Positions 1 to 12,072 of a stretch of 64,000 bases of DNA are shown here, piece by piece. The stretch lies in assembly GCA_017654855.1 (NCBI GenBank), contig CM030336.1:2604001-2668000 (forward strand), read 5' to 3'. Below the pieces are notes generated by a model. That model was given only the letters and a program-made list of their open reading frames with translations, searched no databases and was not told where the DNA came from. The DNA is from Podospora anserina. Its lineage: Eukaryota. Made by a program: the position numbers and the translations under genes. Position 1 is the first letter of the stretch, and each line of letters starts with the position of its first letter.

Positions 1-602
1 CCAAAGGCCAAGGCCAAGGGTAATAAAAGCAATTCTTATTCCTTATACCTCACTGTATTACAGTGCTTTACCTTCCTTCGGCACTGCCGTCGTATCCTCC
101 CGCTTCCGCTTACGCACTGCTATATTTTACAGCAACCCTATATAGGTTCTATATTATAGGCCTATTAGGGCTTACCAGCTAATAATTATTTATAATATAA
201 TTAATATATAATATATTATTAATAGAAACGATTAAAATTATATTATTTTTTATAAACTTTAAATATAAGGTAGACCTATAGTAAGGATTTAGCGTTAAGG
301 TACTTAAGGCTAGGGTTAAAGTAAATAAACTATATATACTTTATAATAAACATAAATAAAAACTAAAGTTTATAAAGGAAAAAATACAAAAATATTATAA
401 TATTAAAAGGCTCGAGGGACCTCGCTTTAAGGGGGGAAATATAATATTCCTTTCCATACGCAATTTATATACTAAAAGACCTAATAAAAAGCTGAATTAT
501 AGGAGAGTAAGCCTATTTAAGGTTAAAAAGAAAATCTTAAAGATAGTATTTACATTAAAACTATTTAATATAATATATTTAAAGTTATATACTTTATATA
601 TT

Positions 603-986
603 TGTCACGGCTTAACACTTTGGTGGGGCGCGGGGCGCACTACGGGCCAATCATTAGTACAGGAGCGAGGACCAATTAAAGCAAGATCATTGGGATCGAG
701 GATCGATCCAGAAGAGTTAATCCCAAAAGGGATAGTATCGATAGGATCGATGGTCGAGTCAATTGATCCAGGATAGTGCCAGGCTTGGTACAGGGTCTAT
801 ATATACGGAGGAACTGGCTAGTATAAATAAATAGTTCTATAGTATATAATTTAAGTTTATATTTATAGTATTTAGTATTTATATTAAAATATTTTATTAT
901 ACACTATTTAATTATACCGAATTAATTATTAAAAATTACCTTTAACCAGTATCCCTTTTAAAGGTTCTGTATAGAGGTTCGTTATA
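603..986 (+). repeat. 5' LTR of inner element
   Basis: Starts TGTCACGG and aligns end to end with 7526-7909, differing mainly by C>T/G>A transitions. Confidence 0.92.
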
Positions 987-1043
987 CGTTATATACTTAC
1001 TTTAACTCTATTACGGATAAATTAAAAACGTTTTTTTATTACT

Positions 1044-4000
1044 ATAGCCTAACCCAAAAACGTTTAGATAAGAGGCGTCCCGCTTAGCCTAATTATCGAG
1101 GGACTTTCTACGGTAGACGCTAGGTCTAGGGTCACTACGGCTTAATAGTTTATTAATCGCGTTAAGGAGTTTAAAGCCGAAGCCTAATAAACTAGGGAGT
1201 AGGTTTTTACTCTCTTAGCGGCTAGGCCCACGTATATAACTAAGTTCCCGGCACCGGAGCGCTATAGAAGTAGAAAAGTAAAGCTTAAAGGTTTTTTAAT
1301 TTAGTTTAAAACCTATTTTCGTTATTACCCGGAATAGTTTAATATAGAGGAGTCGAAGGTAATATATATAATTACTTAGCTTAAGGATAAAACTTTTATT
1401 TAATTCAAACTTATTTTTAATAATTATTATAAAGTAATAACGGAGGATTAGAAGGAAATTATTATTTAATATTTTTAGAGCTACCGAACTTTTAAAGTAA
1501 AACTTAAAGAAATATTTAAGGAATATAATAAAGATAGACGCGCGTAAAAGAGGTTTGTAAACTTATAGTAAATATATTTAATAATAAAATACGTTATTTA
1601 GTTTAAAATTAATAATCTATATAACGAAATTAACGATAAAAGATTAATATAAACCTTTTATAATAACTTTAAGGAAAAAGTAAAAGACGAGTTATATAAG
1701 GAAGAGAGGTTTAATATTATTAATAAATATATTACTATAGTTATACGGATCGATAATAAATAATTTTAGCGTTATACGGAAAAGAGAAACTATAATAATT
1801 AAGGTTATTACGGAAATTATTACTTTAACGATAAACGTAAATAGTAATACCCGATTATTAATTATTCCGATATTATATATTCGGGACCTATAAATATTAA
1901 CGTTATATAGTAATAAAAACTATAAAGCTAGGGTTAAAGTAAAAATAATTATAAATATTTTAATTATAGTAAAGTAAAATATTTTAAAAAAAATTATTAA
2001 GTATTTAAGTAATTTAAATAGAAAAAAGAAGTTACTATAATAATTACTATATTAAGGGGACCGAGGATTATAAAGGTTATAACTATCGGGTATTAGTAAA
2101 GTAAAGTAATAAACTTCGAGGAAAACTTTAATTAGTACGTTAAATAAGAGGAAATAAAGTTCTAGGGGCTATAAGAAGTAATAGAAAGGCTAAAGGTAAA
2201 ATATAAAGAAAGAGACTTTTAAATATTAATATTTTAAGATCGATTAATATAAATTATTATAAAAATTATTACGGAAATCGTTAAAAATAATAACGTTATA
2301 TAATAGGAAGGACTTATTAAGTAAATAATATTAAAGAGGTAATATAGTAAGTATAAAATTATTATTTTATAGGAAATATTATTATTTATAAAATTCGTAT
2401 ATAAAAATTAAAAAGAATACTAAAAAAGTAAAAAAATTATTAATATCGGAATCGTAAAATTATTAAGAAATATACCTATATTTATATAGTATATACCCTA
2501 TAAAAGAAATATAATATAACTTTATCCTAAATATCCGGAACGTCGGAAAGTACTTTAGTTTTAATATATTATATACGGATATATAAAGTATTACTAAAGT
2601 AAGTCGCTATATAATTATTAACCGGTATATAAATTTATATTAAGGTATATAAAATACTATATTAAATACGCGAACGGTTAAGATATAAACGATAGTATAT
2701 ATTTTTTAAAAAAAATAGTACTAGATTAATACTTAAACCTAAATTATATACTATATTTATAAAAAAAGGATAAATAATATTATTAAATAAAAGTATTTAA
2801 ATAAATAATTAAAATAAAAAATTATTATTAAATATATATACGAAAAAATACTAAATACGTAAAAGACGGAAAATAGGAGGAAGCTAAATAAGTATAATTA
2901 AAAAAACTTTATATTATTAAATAACCCGGAGTAAAAAAATATTTTTAAACGATATAACCGTTTAAAAAACGATTTACGGCCCTTCGCGGAAGCCGGTAAT
3001 CTTTAACGGACTATAAACGGTATTTTCGGAAATATCGGTATAAAACGAAAGTATAGGATAATAATCTAGTATTTATTAGCAAGGTCGTTATTATATAAGG
3101 AAAGAATAAAAAAAATAAATATTTTTAGATTATAATATATTAAAAGGATATTTAGGTAGTAATATTAATAAACAGAAGTATAAAAACGAACTTAATTTTA
3201 CTATAATTCGTATATTAAATTAAAATATTATAAAAAAAAAAATAAATCATTATATAAAAACTATTTTTAACGTAAAAAGTTTATAAAAAAATATTACTTT
3301 TAAATATTATAATTAAAAATTTTTTTTTTTAATTATATTTAATATTATAAATATAGGACTTTCGAAAAATATAATCCTAAAGTAATTATAATATAAAAAT
3401 TATAATTTAAATATCGATTAAAGGGATAATAATTATTTATAATTAAAAAAACCTTAAAAATATTTAATTAACGATAGGAAATTAAACGTATATATAGAAA
3501 AGAGTATAAAATAAGTACCCTCTATAATATTACTATAAAGAACTTAAAAAATAATAATATATTTTATTAATATAAATAGTAAAATCGAAGAAGTAAGGTT
3601 AATAATATTAATAAAAATATCGGAGATTAATAAATATATTTACTATAATTATATAAAAAAAAATAAAAAAAAAATAATATTAATAGAATATTGAGGATAC
3701 TTAGCTTTTACGGTTAAGTATATAGAGGGATTTTTAGAGCGAGGACCGTAGGATTACGAAATTAAATTAAAAGAAGGAACTAAATTACGGTTATTTAAAG
3801 TTTATTATACTAACGATAAATAAAGTAAGGAGTTATAGAAATATTTAAACGAAAATTTAAAAAAAAAATATATTAAAGAATCTATATTACTAATAAGATA
3901 CTCTATATTTTTTATACCGAAGAAAAATAATAATTTATAATTATATATAAACTACTATTAATTAAATAACGAAACGGTAAAAAATAATTATTTATTATTA

Positions 4001-6560
4001 TTAATATTTAAATTACGAAGTTAATTAGTAAGGATATAATACTTTATATACTTAAATATACTTATCGGGTATACTTATATACGAATTAAAAAAAAAAATA
4101 AATAAAAAATAGCGTTTCGTATACCTTATAATTATTTCGAATATCTGGTAATACTATTCGGGCTAATTAATATATTTATAATATTTTAATCTTTTATTAA
4201 TTATATAATCCGGAAGTACTTTAATAAAATAATAATATATTATTTTAATAATATTCTTATTTATTTACGTACTTTAAAGGAATATAAATAATATATACGA
4301 AAAATATTTAACGTACTATACGGAGCTAGACTTTTAATTAATAAAAAAAAATAAGTTTTATATATAAAAAATAATATATTTAAAATATTTAATATTATTA
4401 AATAAAATTCGTATAGAATTTAAGAAAATTACGGTAATTAAAAACTAATTTATATTATAATTATAAATATATATTAAAAAATTTTTAAAGTTTATAAATT
4501 TTTATTAGATATTTATTTAAAAGTATATAAATATTATATAATTATTTAATTATTTAATTAAGAAAGATATAGAGTTCCGGTAGGGGTAGGAAAAGGAGTA
4601 GGCTTTCCGGAAACTAAAAAAAATTATTTTAAAAGACCCGGTATTTAAATTATTAAATCCTAATCGACCGTTCGAGGTTAAGGTAAATATATTAAACTAT
4701 ACGATCGGTAAATAATTAGGATAGCGAAACGATAATAAAAAATTATATTTAATAACCTTTTTTTAAAAAAGTTAAAAAAAATATATTAAAACTATTTAAT
4801 TTATAATAAGAAGTTACTTACTATTATCGAAACGTTTAAAAAATAAAAATTATATTTTAATAATATTAATTACGAAATATAGGTTTATACGGATTATAAA
4901 AATTTATAATATTTTATTATTACGAAAGTCCTTAACGCGCGGTAAACGTAATAATTAAAGTTTCTTTTAGAATTTAATTTTTAAATTAATTATAAAAAGG
5001 GTTCGAAAAACGCTAAAGTAAATATATTTAATAAGCGTACCGATTACTATAAGGATATATTTAAAAAGTTATTATTATTATTTAAAGAAACGTTAAACGG
5101 TATTTTTAAATATTTATTATAGCCGTAAATAAAGTATTATATAGTATATCGCGAGAGGGTTATTTTTAATAAATATTAAAGGAAATTAAATAATAATATT
5201 ATAGAATAATATTAGTAAGAAAAATTAAAGTTATAAAGTATTTAAAAAAATAATTAAGGAAGACTATAATATAAAAATCGAATATATATAAAGTTAGGTA
5301 ATAAAATAGTATTAATAATAAATATTTATAGGTTAAAGTTCGGAGGATATATAAGTATTATAAAGATTATAGAAAAGGTTAAATAATACTTTAATTAATT
5401 AAAAATTAAGAACGACGTTAAGTAAGTTATTTAATTATACTATATATATAAAAAAATAAGGGTTACGAAATATAAACTTTATAGATTTCTGGAACTATTA
5501 TTAATAGTAAAATAATTATAAAGTTTAATTATAATAAATTTTATTATTAAATTATTAAAGTTTAAAAATATAATAACCGGCGTTAAGTATAATAATATAT
5601 TAACGGTAATTAATAAACTTATTAAATAAATATATTTTTTACTATATAAAGAAACTTAGTCGGTAAAGTAATTAATAAATATAGTACTATAGTATATTAT
5701 AGTAATATATATATAGTTAAAAGAATTTATTATAAATCGCGATATTAAATTTATATTAAAATTTTAAAGAGCGTTAATAACGAGGCTAAGGATAGTAAAT
5801 AAAGTATTATCGGTTTATTACCCTTAAACAGATAGTTAAACGGAACGGTTTAATTAAATTATAAAATAGTATTTATAGAATTATATTAATTTTAAATAGG
5901 ACGATTAGGTTAAACTATTATTTACAGTATAATTAATATATAATATATTATTAACGGAAATTATAAAAATTATACTTTTTTCCACGAATTTCGGTTATAA
6001 AATAAATCTATAGTAAGGACTTACGGTTAAAGTACCTAAGGCTAAAGTTAAGGTAAATAAAATATATATACTTTACGGTAAATTTAAATAAAAACTAGAG
6101 TTTATAAACGAAAGGATATAAAAATATTATAATACTAAAAGGCTTAAGGGACTTTATTTTAAGAGGAAAGATATAATATTCCTTTCTATATATAACTTAT
6201 ATATTAAAAAACCTAGTAAAAAACTAAACTATAAAAAAGTAAGCCCGTTTAAGGTTAAAAAGAAAATATTAAAGATAGTATTTAAACTAAAGTTACTTAG
6301 TATAATATATTTACAGTTATATATTTTTTATATTTTATTTCTAGAACCCGTATTATTAATGAATAAAGTTAATATATAAATAATAGCGGAAAACGAAAAA
6401 GAAAAGTATAATATAAAAAAAATATTAGATTTATAGTTTAATCAAAATTAATTAAAATATTTAATTATAAATAATTTATAGGAACTAAAAGTATATTTTA
6501 ATTATTTAAATAAATAAAAAGTATTTTATTAATAATACCCGGACTAATTAAAACCTAAAT
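1044..6560 (+). pseudogene. RIP-degraded gag-pol (gag zinc knuckle, RT, RNase H, integrase, chromodomain relics)
   Basis: Gag-like KFPAPERY..KLKGFL at ~1240-1300, RIPed CCHC knuckle at ~1955-2000, RIPed YxDD-type motif (tat ttt aat aat att ctt att) at ~4240, many RIP-generated stops. Ends approximate. Confidence 0.75.
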
Positions 6561-6616
6561 AATAAAAAAATCTATACTTAAACTATAAAAAAATATTTAT
6601 AAATTTAAATATAAAA

Positions 6617-6687
6617 GAACCTCGGTAAAAATCGAACTTATACCTTTAACGTAATAACTAATATACTATATATTATACTATAAAATT
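6617..6687 (-). ncRNA. tRNA-like Pol III unit embedded in retrotransposon (RIPed)
   Basis: The minus strand shows an A-box-like TAGTATAAT, B-box GTTCGATT, 3' acceptor strand CGAGGTT, and then C-TTTT. Confidence 0.6.
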
Positions 6688-6729
6688 AAAAAATATAAAG
6701 GGGATTAAATATAAATAGTATTACGCGCT

Positions 6730-7400
6730 TTAACTACCCTAGGAAAGGAAAGGCGCGCCGACGGTAGTATCTTAGGCGGCTAAAAAGGAAGGACCGACCA
6801 CGCCCGGATCCAGAGAGAAGTTAGGTAACTAGTCGAAGCCTAAGGCAGGACTTAGGAAAGAAAAGTTAGAAAGTAGGGTATTAGAAGACTCTACCGTAGG
6901 ACAGTCCCGGGGATCTAGGGAGGCGGGGGCCGGAGGAGGAGGAGGAGCGTTACTAGGCGGCGAGACAGACTATACGGCCAGCGTAACTTCCTCCTACTTA
7001 ATACGCTCCAGCTTTTTTACACTATTAAAACCACGGGAGACGGCCGTAGCTATCTATTTAAACCATATTCGTTTCTATAAGCGTAGGCGGTTAATTTTCT
7101 AATCTAAAGCCACGTATTAGGACTCGGCCTTTACTATCTCCGTCTTTAATTAATTATATTAAAAAATAACTTTACGGAGCTATTAAATAAATAATTTACG
7201 AGTATCGTAAAGGAATTAATTATATTATATATAAAAAGTATAACGATTAAAGACGGAAGGGGAAATTTTATAAAAAAAATTATATTTCTTATAAAAAAAA
7301 TAAATATACTTTATAATAATAGTAAACCGTAAAATAATAATAAATAATTCGTTACGATCCGCGGTTTTCGAATATAAAAGTTTAATACCGGGTCGTACTT
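6730..7400 (-). pseudogene. Antisense accessory gene of LTR element: Zn2Cys6-like + coiled-coil protein (RIPed)
   Basis: TAT/TAC codons (RIPed TGT/TGC) are spaced C-x2-C-x6-C-x9-C-x2-C-x7-C at 7302-7207. An apparent intron follows, then KINRLRL.KRIWF..IATAVSRGF..V..LER. Confidence 0.65.
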
Positions 7401-7525
7401 TACTTACGTAATTAAATATAATAAAATATAATAAATAAAGGAAAAAAGAGAGAATTTATAAACGTTAGTAAACGTAAAAGAATAGGCTAGGCCGACGGAA
7501 CTTCGGCCTAAAAGGAAGAGTATTA

Positions 7526-7909
7526 TATTATAGCTTAATATTTTAATAAGGCGCGGAGTATACTACGGGCTAATTATTAGTATAGGAGCGAGGATTAATT
7601 AAAGTAAGATTATTAGGATCGAGGATCGATTTAAAAAAGTTAATCCCAAAAGGAATAGTATCGATAGGATCGATAATCGAGTTAATCGATCCAGGACAGT
7701 ACTAGGCTTAGTATAGGGTTTATATATACGGAGGAACTAGCTAATATAGATAAATAGTTCCGTAATATATAATTTAAGTTTATATTTACGGTATTTAGTA
7801 TTTATATTGAGATATCTTATTATATACTATTTAGCTGCACCGAACCAATTGTCAGAAGTTACCTTTAACCAATATCCCTTTTAGAGGTTCTGTACAGAGG
7901 TTCGTTACA
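7526..7909 (+). repeat. 3' LTR of inner element
   Basis: Direct repeat of 603-986, ends GTTACA, followed by the TSD. Confidence 0.92.
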
Positions 7910-8196
7910 ATATTTTACTTTTAGAACCTATATTATTAATAAGTAAGGTTAATATATAGGTAATAGCGAAGGACGATAAAGAAGAGTATAATATAGAAAA
8001 GATATTAGATTTACGGTTTAATAAAAATTAATTAAAATATTTAATTATAAATAATTCGTAAGAACTAAAAGTAAACCTTAATTACCCGGATAAATAAAAA
8101 GAATTTTACCGGTAATACCTAAACTAATTAAAATCCAGGTAAATAAAAGATTAGTACTTAGGATTACGGATAATACTTATAAACTTAAATACTAAA

Positions 8197-8266
8197 AAAC
8201 TTTAATAAAAATCGAACTTACGCTTTTAATATAATAATTAACGTACTATATTTATACTATAAAATT
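8197..8266 (-). ncRNA. tRNA-like unit in host element (heavily RIPed)
   Basis: Homologous to 6617-6687; GTTCGATT B-box retained, followed by a T-run. Confidence 0.5.
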
Positions 8267-8308
8267 AATAAATATAAAGGAATCCGGACGTAAATAGTAT
8301 TATAAACG

Positions 8309-8990
8309 TTAATTACTTTAGGAAATAAAAACATTTTTGCCGGAAAAATCTTAAGCGGTTAGGGATAATAAAGGATTAGAGGGAAATTAGGGATTTAAAA
8401 ATAAAACGTTAGTTGGAGCGGCGATACCGAAGTTAGAATACGGTTAGTTAAATAAAATAGAAGGCTAGTTAGAGGGGCCGGTATTAAGGGTAATAATTAG
8501 AGGAAGGTCGAGCGTAGGCGTAACCTCGCTAATAACGGTGGTACTCCGTTTCGATAAATATTATTTTTATTAATAAAAACGAAATAAATAAATAATAGTT
8601 TTTTACGCTTTATAAGTAATCTTTTTAATTTTATAATAGGTATTTAAAAGTCGCTATTCGGCGGTTAATTTTTTTAAAGTTAAATAACGGTATTCGGTAA
8701 TTAACCGCTCCACTAAACGGGGTTAGTCGGAATATTAATAAAAAGGTAAATAAATTAATTTATAATAATAAAAATATCCGACGCGTTATAGGTCCGGGCC
8801 TAACGTATATATTTACTATAACGAAAAGAATATTTATATAAACGATAAATTAAATTATAAGTAATATAAAAAAAATAAAGTATAATAATAAAACCTTTAA
8901 AATCGATAAAGGTAATTAAAGTTGAACGGCGACGGTACTATTAATTAACGTTCGGAGTAAAAATCTATAAGGACTTAAAAACTTTAAAAA
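8309..8990 (-). pseudogene. Antisense Zn2Cys6-like accessory gene of host element (RIPed)
   Basis: TAT codons spaced C-x2-C-x6-C-x8-C-x2-C-x6-C at 8877-8788 (de-RIPs to ..SSRCSECVR.ARTCD). Confidence 0.65.
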
Positions 8991-9119
8991 GATTAAATAT
9001 AATAAACGTTAGTAAGAGAGAGGGGAAAAAGGGAGTACTTACTTTAAGAATAATAAAGAGAAAAGATACAGTAAAAGAGGATTTAGTTGCCGAGACGTCG
9101 GCCTAGAGGAGGGGTATCG

Positions 9120-9523
9120 TATTATAACCTTAATATCGGAAACGGTAGAATAGTATAAAGTTATTAGCTAATTAGAATAAGGTTGCGGCGGTCTGGGCAA
9201 TTATAAGTAATAAGATTAGGAAGTATAATAATTACGGAAATATAATTAATAAGGAACTAAAGAAGGATTATAGCGATTATTATAATTATTAGGGAAGAGC
9301 GGAATGACTATTATAATCGGGAAGAATTAAGGTCTATATATACGGAGGAACTGGTTGGTATAACTAGACAGTTCCGTAGTATATAATTTACAATTGTATT
9401 TACAGTATCTTATATTTATCTTGAGACATCTTATTGTGCACTGTTTAGCTGCACCGAACCAATTGTCAGAAGTTACCTTTAACCCGTATCCCTTTCAGAG
9501 GTTCTGTACAGGGGTTCGTCACA
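9120..9523 (+). repeat. 3' LTR of host element
   Basis: The 3' half (from GGTCTATATATACGGAGGAACTGG to GTCACA) closely matches the inner LTRs; the 5' half differs. Confidence 0.85.
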
Positions 9524-9885
9524 GGTAGCGTAATCTACGATTATAATACTGCCCGATTCTTTACCGGATACCTCTACGTAGCCAGACGCCGGCTGGGACA
9601 CCGTTTTGTGGGCTCCTTATGCCTCGGACCCCTCTTTAAGCCTCGACTAGCCTTCCGACCTTTCTCTAGGCCTTGATTAGCCTTCTGGCCTTTCCTTTAA
9701 CCATAGTGCGGCCGGTCCTTTTTTCTTAACCGGTTAAAGTATCGCTAACGGAGCTTTACCGACCACTTAGGGAAATTAACGTATAGTATTAGTTATATAT
9801 CGCCCCCTAGGTATTTCTTAACCTTATAGTGTAGTGTGTAATACGGTGGCTGTTACGTCGGAAGCGCGGGTTCGATTCACCCGCG
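9524..9885 (-). mobile_element. Inverted internal remnant of a third related LTR element
   Basis: Reverse-complement homology to ~6630-6850: C-terminus of the accessory ORF plus the tRNA-like unit. Confidence 0.7.
9820..9884 (+). ncRNA. tRNA-like unit, least RIPed copy (3' acceptor strand missing)
   Basis: AACCTTA-TAGTGTAGTGTG..GGTGGCTGTTACGTCGG..GCGGGTTCGATTC: A-box and B-box at tRNA spacing. Confidence 0.6.
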
Positions 9886-12072
9886 GACGCCTCAGATCAT
9901 ACTAGTATCACTTCGAATGATCACGTCATTGCGTCCAAAGGCCCTTCCACACCGTCGAACACAAGCTGTCGACCCCTCGTTTCCACCACCACTACATCGG
10001 TTGAGAGGCAGAAGCTGTGTAACTACTCCTTAATCGAGAAATACACGAAGCTCGCTCGCGGAAGCGGAGTGGATGTCGAATGGAGCATACCGCCGTCACT
10101 GTGTTCCAGGTTGCTGGTCAGCAACGTGGGATCAGAAGTTCGTGTTGAGAGAGACAAACAGGAGTTGGGTTGTTTGATGCTAATCTTCCAAGGTAATGAA
10201 TGGTTACTGGGTTGTGACAGTCGAGGAGAAGGTTGATGGGAGAAGGAGCAGGATTAGCTTCTCCAAAAGTGAGGCAACGACCGGAAGTAAAAGGTGGTTG
10301 AATTAGCGAAGACTGAGCAGCCACCAGCCGGAGCAAGGAAAAAGATTTGGGCTTGCAGGAAGCCCGGGCCACCGCCCCACGAGAGCTTTTCAACCTCAAA
10401 TGGCAAGAGAAAGGGCGGGGACATCGTGGCGGGCACTGGTTGGCCTGTAAGTGGTACATGTGAGTGTAGATACGCTCCCACGTGGGGTTGCTGGCCAGCA
10501 ATTGGGATGAAAAGGACATCTTCAGCAAACGAAAGCCGGGTGGACAATGAGTCAAGTCAAGCAAGTTCAGCCCCTCAACTCGGCTCAGACTACAGTTTTC
10601 CTGTCCGAAAACATGGAGCCGGAGTATCCGTTCCGGAGCCCGGATCCTTCCCGGCCGGCGCCGTGGCCGGAGCCCGTAAAATTCATAGACCCTGGAGCTT
10701 GTCAAATTTGCAAACTGAGCCATATCTGAGAAGCTAGAGAGATCTTAGATGCCCAGCACTCTGTTGGGCATTCAAAAATAGGCGAACCACTAGGCCACAG
10801 CTAGTACCTAAAGGAGGCATACTTAAGCTGATGGTCGATTGCCTCTAACAAACCCGGCTACCTCCTTAAATTACATACTCCCATCAGCGGCTTTGGCGGG
10901 GAGCCCCACGAAGTACCAGACACGTCGCGTGCGAGGAAAGATTTGTCCCACATTCAATGCCAAAGTCTGGTTCTTATCGTGGCACTGACCCATAGGAATC
11001 AGCTTGGTGCCAGTCCCAAATAAGAAGCGCTTTTCCCACTGCTGAGTTGGGCAAAACAAACAAGATCTCAGTAGGCAGTTTGAAGTATCACAGCAGAGAC
11101 CTTTTGGAAGATGGATAATTCATGTGCATATGGGCTGGCTTGTCACTATGTGGTTGCTTATGAGAATTGCCCTAACCTTTCCTCCGGATTGGATCCTCAC
11201 AGAGCAATATGAACTTACCAGACATCCGATCTTCTTGTACATTGAACAATCCCAAGGTACATCCCGACATGGAACTCCCAGATCGCGTGCTCATCCCTCG
11301 AGACCCAAAGAATTGCGGACAGACTCCTAACATCGACTGTTCAACATCTGTCGTAGTCCAGTCTATGTATTACCGCCCCAGGCCCTTCTTCCACCGTCAA
11401 CTCAATATCTGCACTGAGTAGTATACGCAATCCCTGTTCATGGCCTTTACCACTGTCATGGGCCGGCCTGCAGCACACACTAACCGATAGTCCAGCGTCA
11501 CATCAATTCCTGGCATCATGGATTCTACCACTACCGACCTAGTATTTGAGTCCAACTCCTGAACCCACTCTTTATATCTATCCCTGAATTCACCCCGAGC
11601 CCCAAGACCGACCCTCCGTCTCAGCGCCTTTGAGAGCAAGGCACTTCTGAAATGAGGCTGGGGGTGAAACAACTTATTCTATAAAAATCTTAACTTTGGC
11701 CGCCTGGTCAATTGGGCCGCACCATCACGGCATTGCTGTGAAACTTGGTATTTTGGTTCAGAGTCAATGAGGACTGATGAAGGTTCTCACGAATTTCACA
11801 GCCTGAAAGTGATCTAAACTATTCTATAATAGACAGTGGTTGATCACTGAAGCCAGCCATGTTGTGGCGGGGCTGTCTGCTCGTATGGATGGAGAAAGGT
11901 GGCAAGGCGTGCTTGTCCGGACCGTGGGGATGATATTTCAGGGGAAGGCCGCATGGCGGTGGATATGAAAGGGACATATTAGCTCTTGAAACATACCTAA
12001 AAAGGAGTCCAACAGAACCAATATCTCAAACATTTCAACGGAGAGATCTAATTATCCAGTCAACACAGTCAA

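Larger units (their letters stand above)
603..7909 (+). mobile_element. Full-length Ty3/Gypsy LTR retrotransposon (crapaud-like), RIP-inactivated
   Basis: Two 384-bp LTRs (TGTCAC...GTTACA), 5-bp TSD ATATT at 598-602 and 7910-7914, PPT before the 3' LTR, and relic gag/RT/RNaseH/IN in extremely TpA-rich DNA. Confidence 0.93.
180..9523 (+). mobile_element. 5'-truncated Ty3/Gypsy LTR retrotransposon (host of nested copy), RIP-degraded
   Basis: 180-602 joined to 7915-8270 is colinear with the integrase C-terminal/chromodomain region of the inner element (~5910-6690). It has a polypurine tract (AGAGGAGGGG) and then an LTR at 9120-9523 ending GTCACA. Left boundary is approximate. Confidence 0.8.

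Noticed and set aside
9820..9884. Functional host tRNA gene
   Set aside because: 6-nt anticodon loop, missing 3' acceptor strand, and located inside a TE remnant; reported only as tRNA-like.
10118..11700. Several 60-200 aa ORFs
   Set aside because: No recognisable motifs or consistent splice model; possibly a decayed gene, but no call can be supported.
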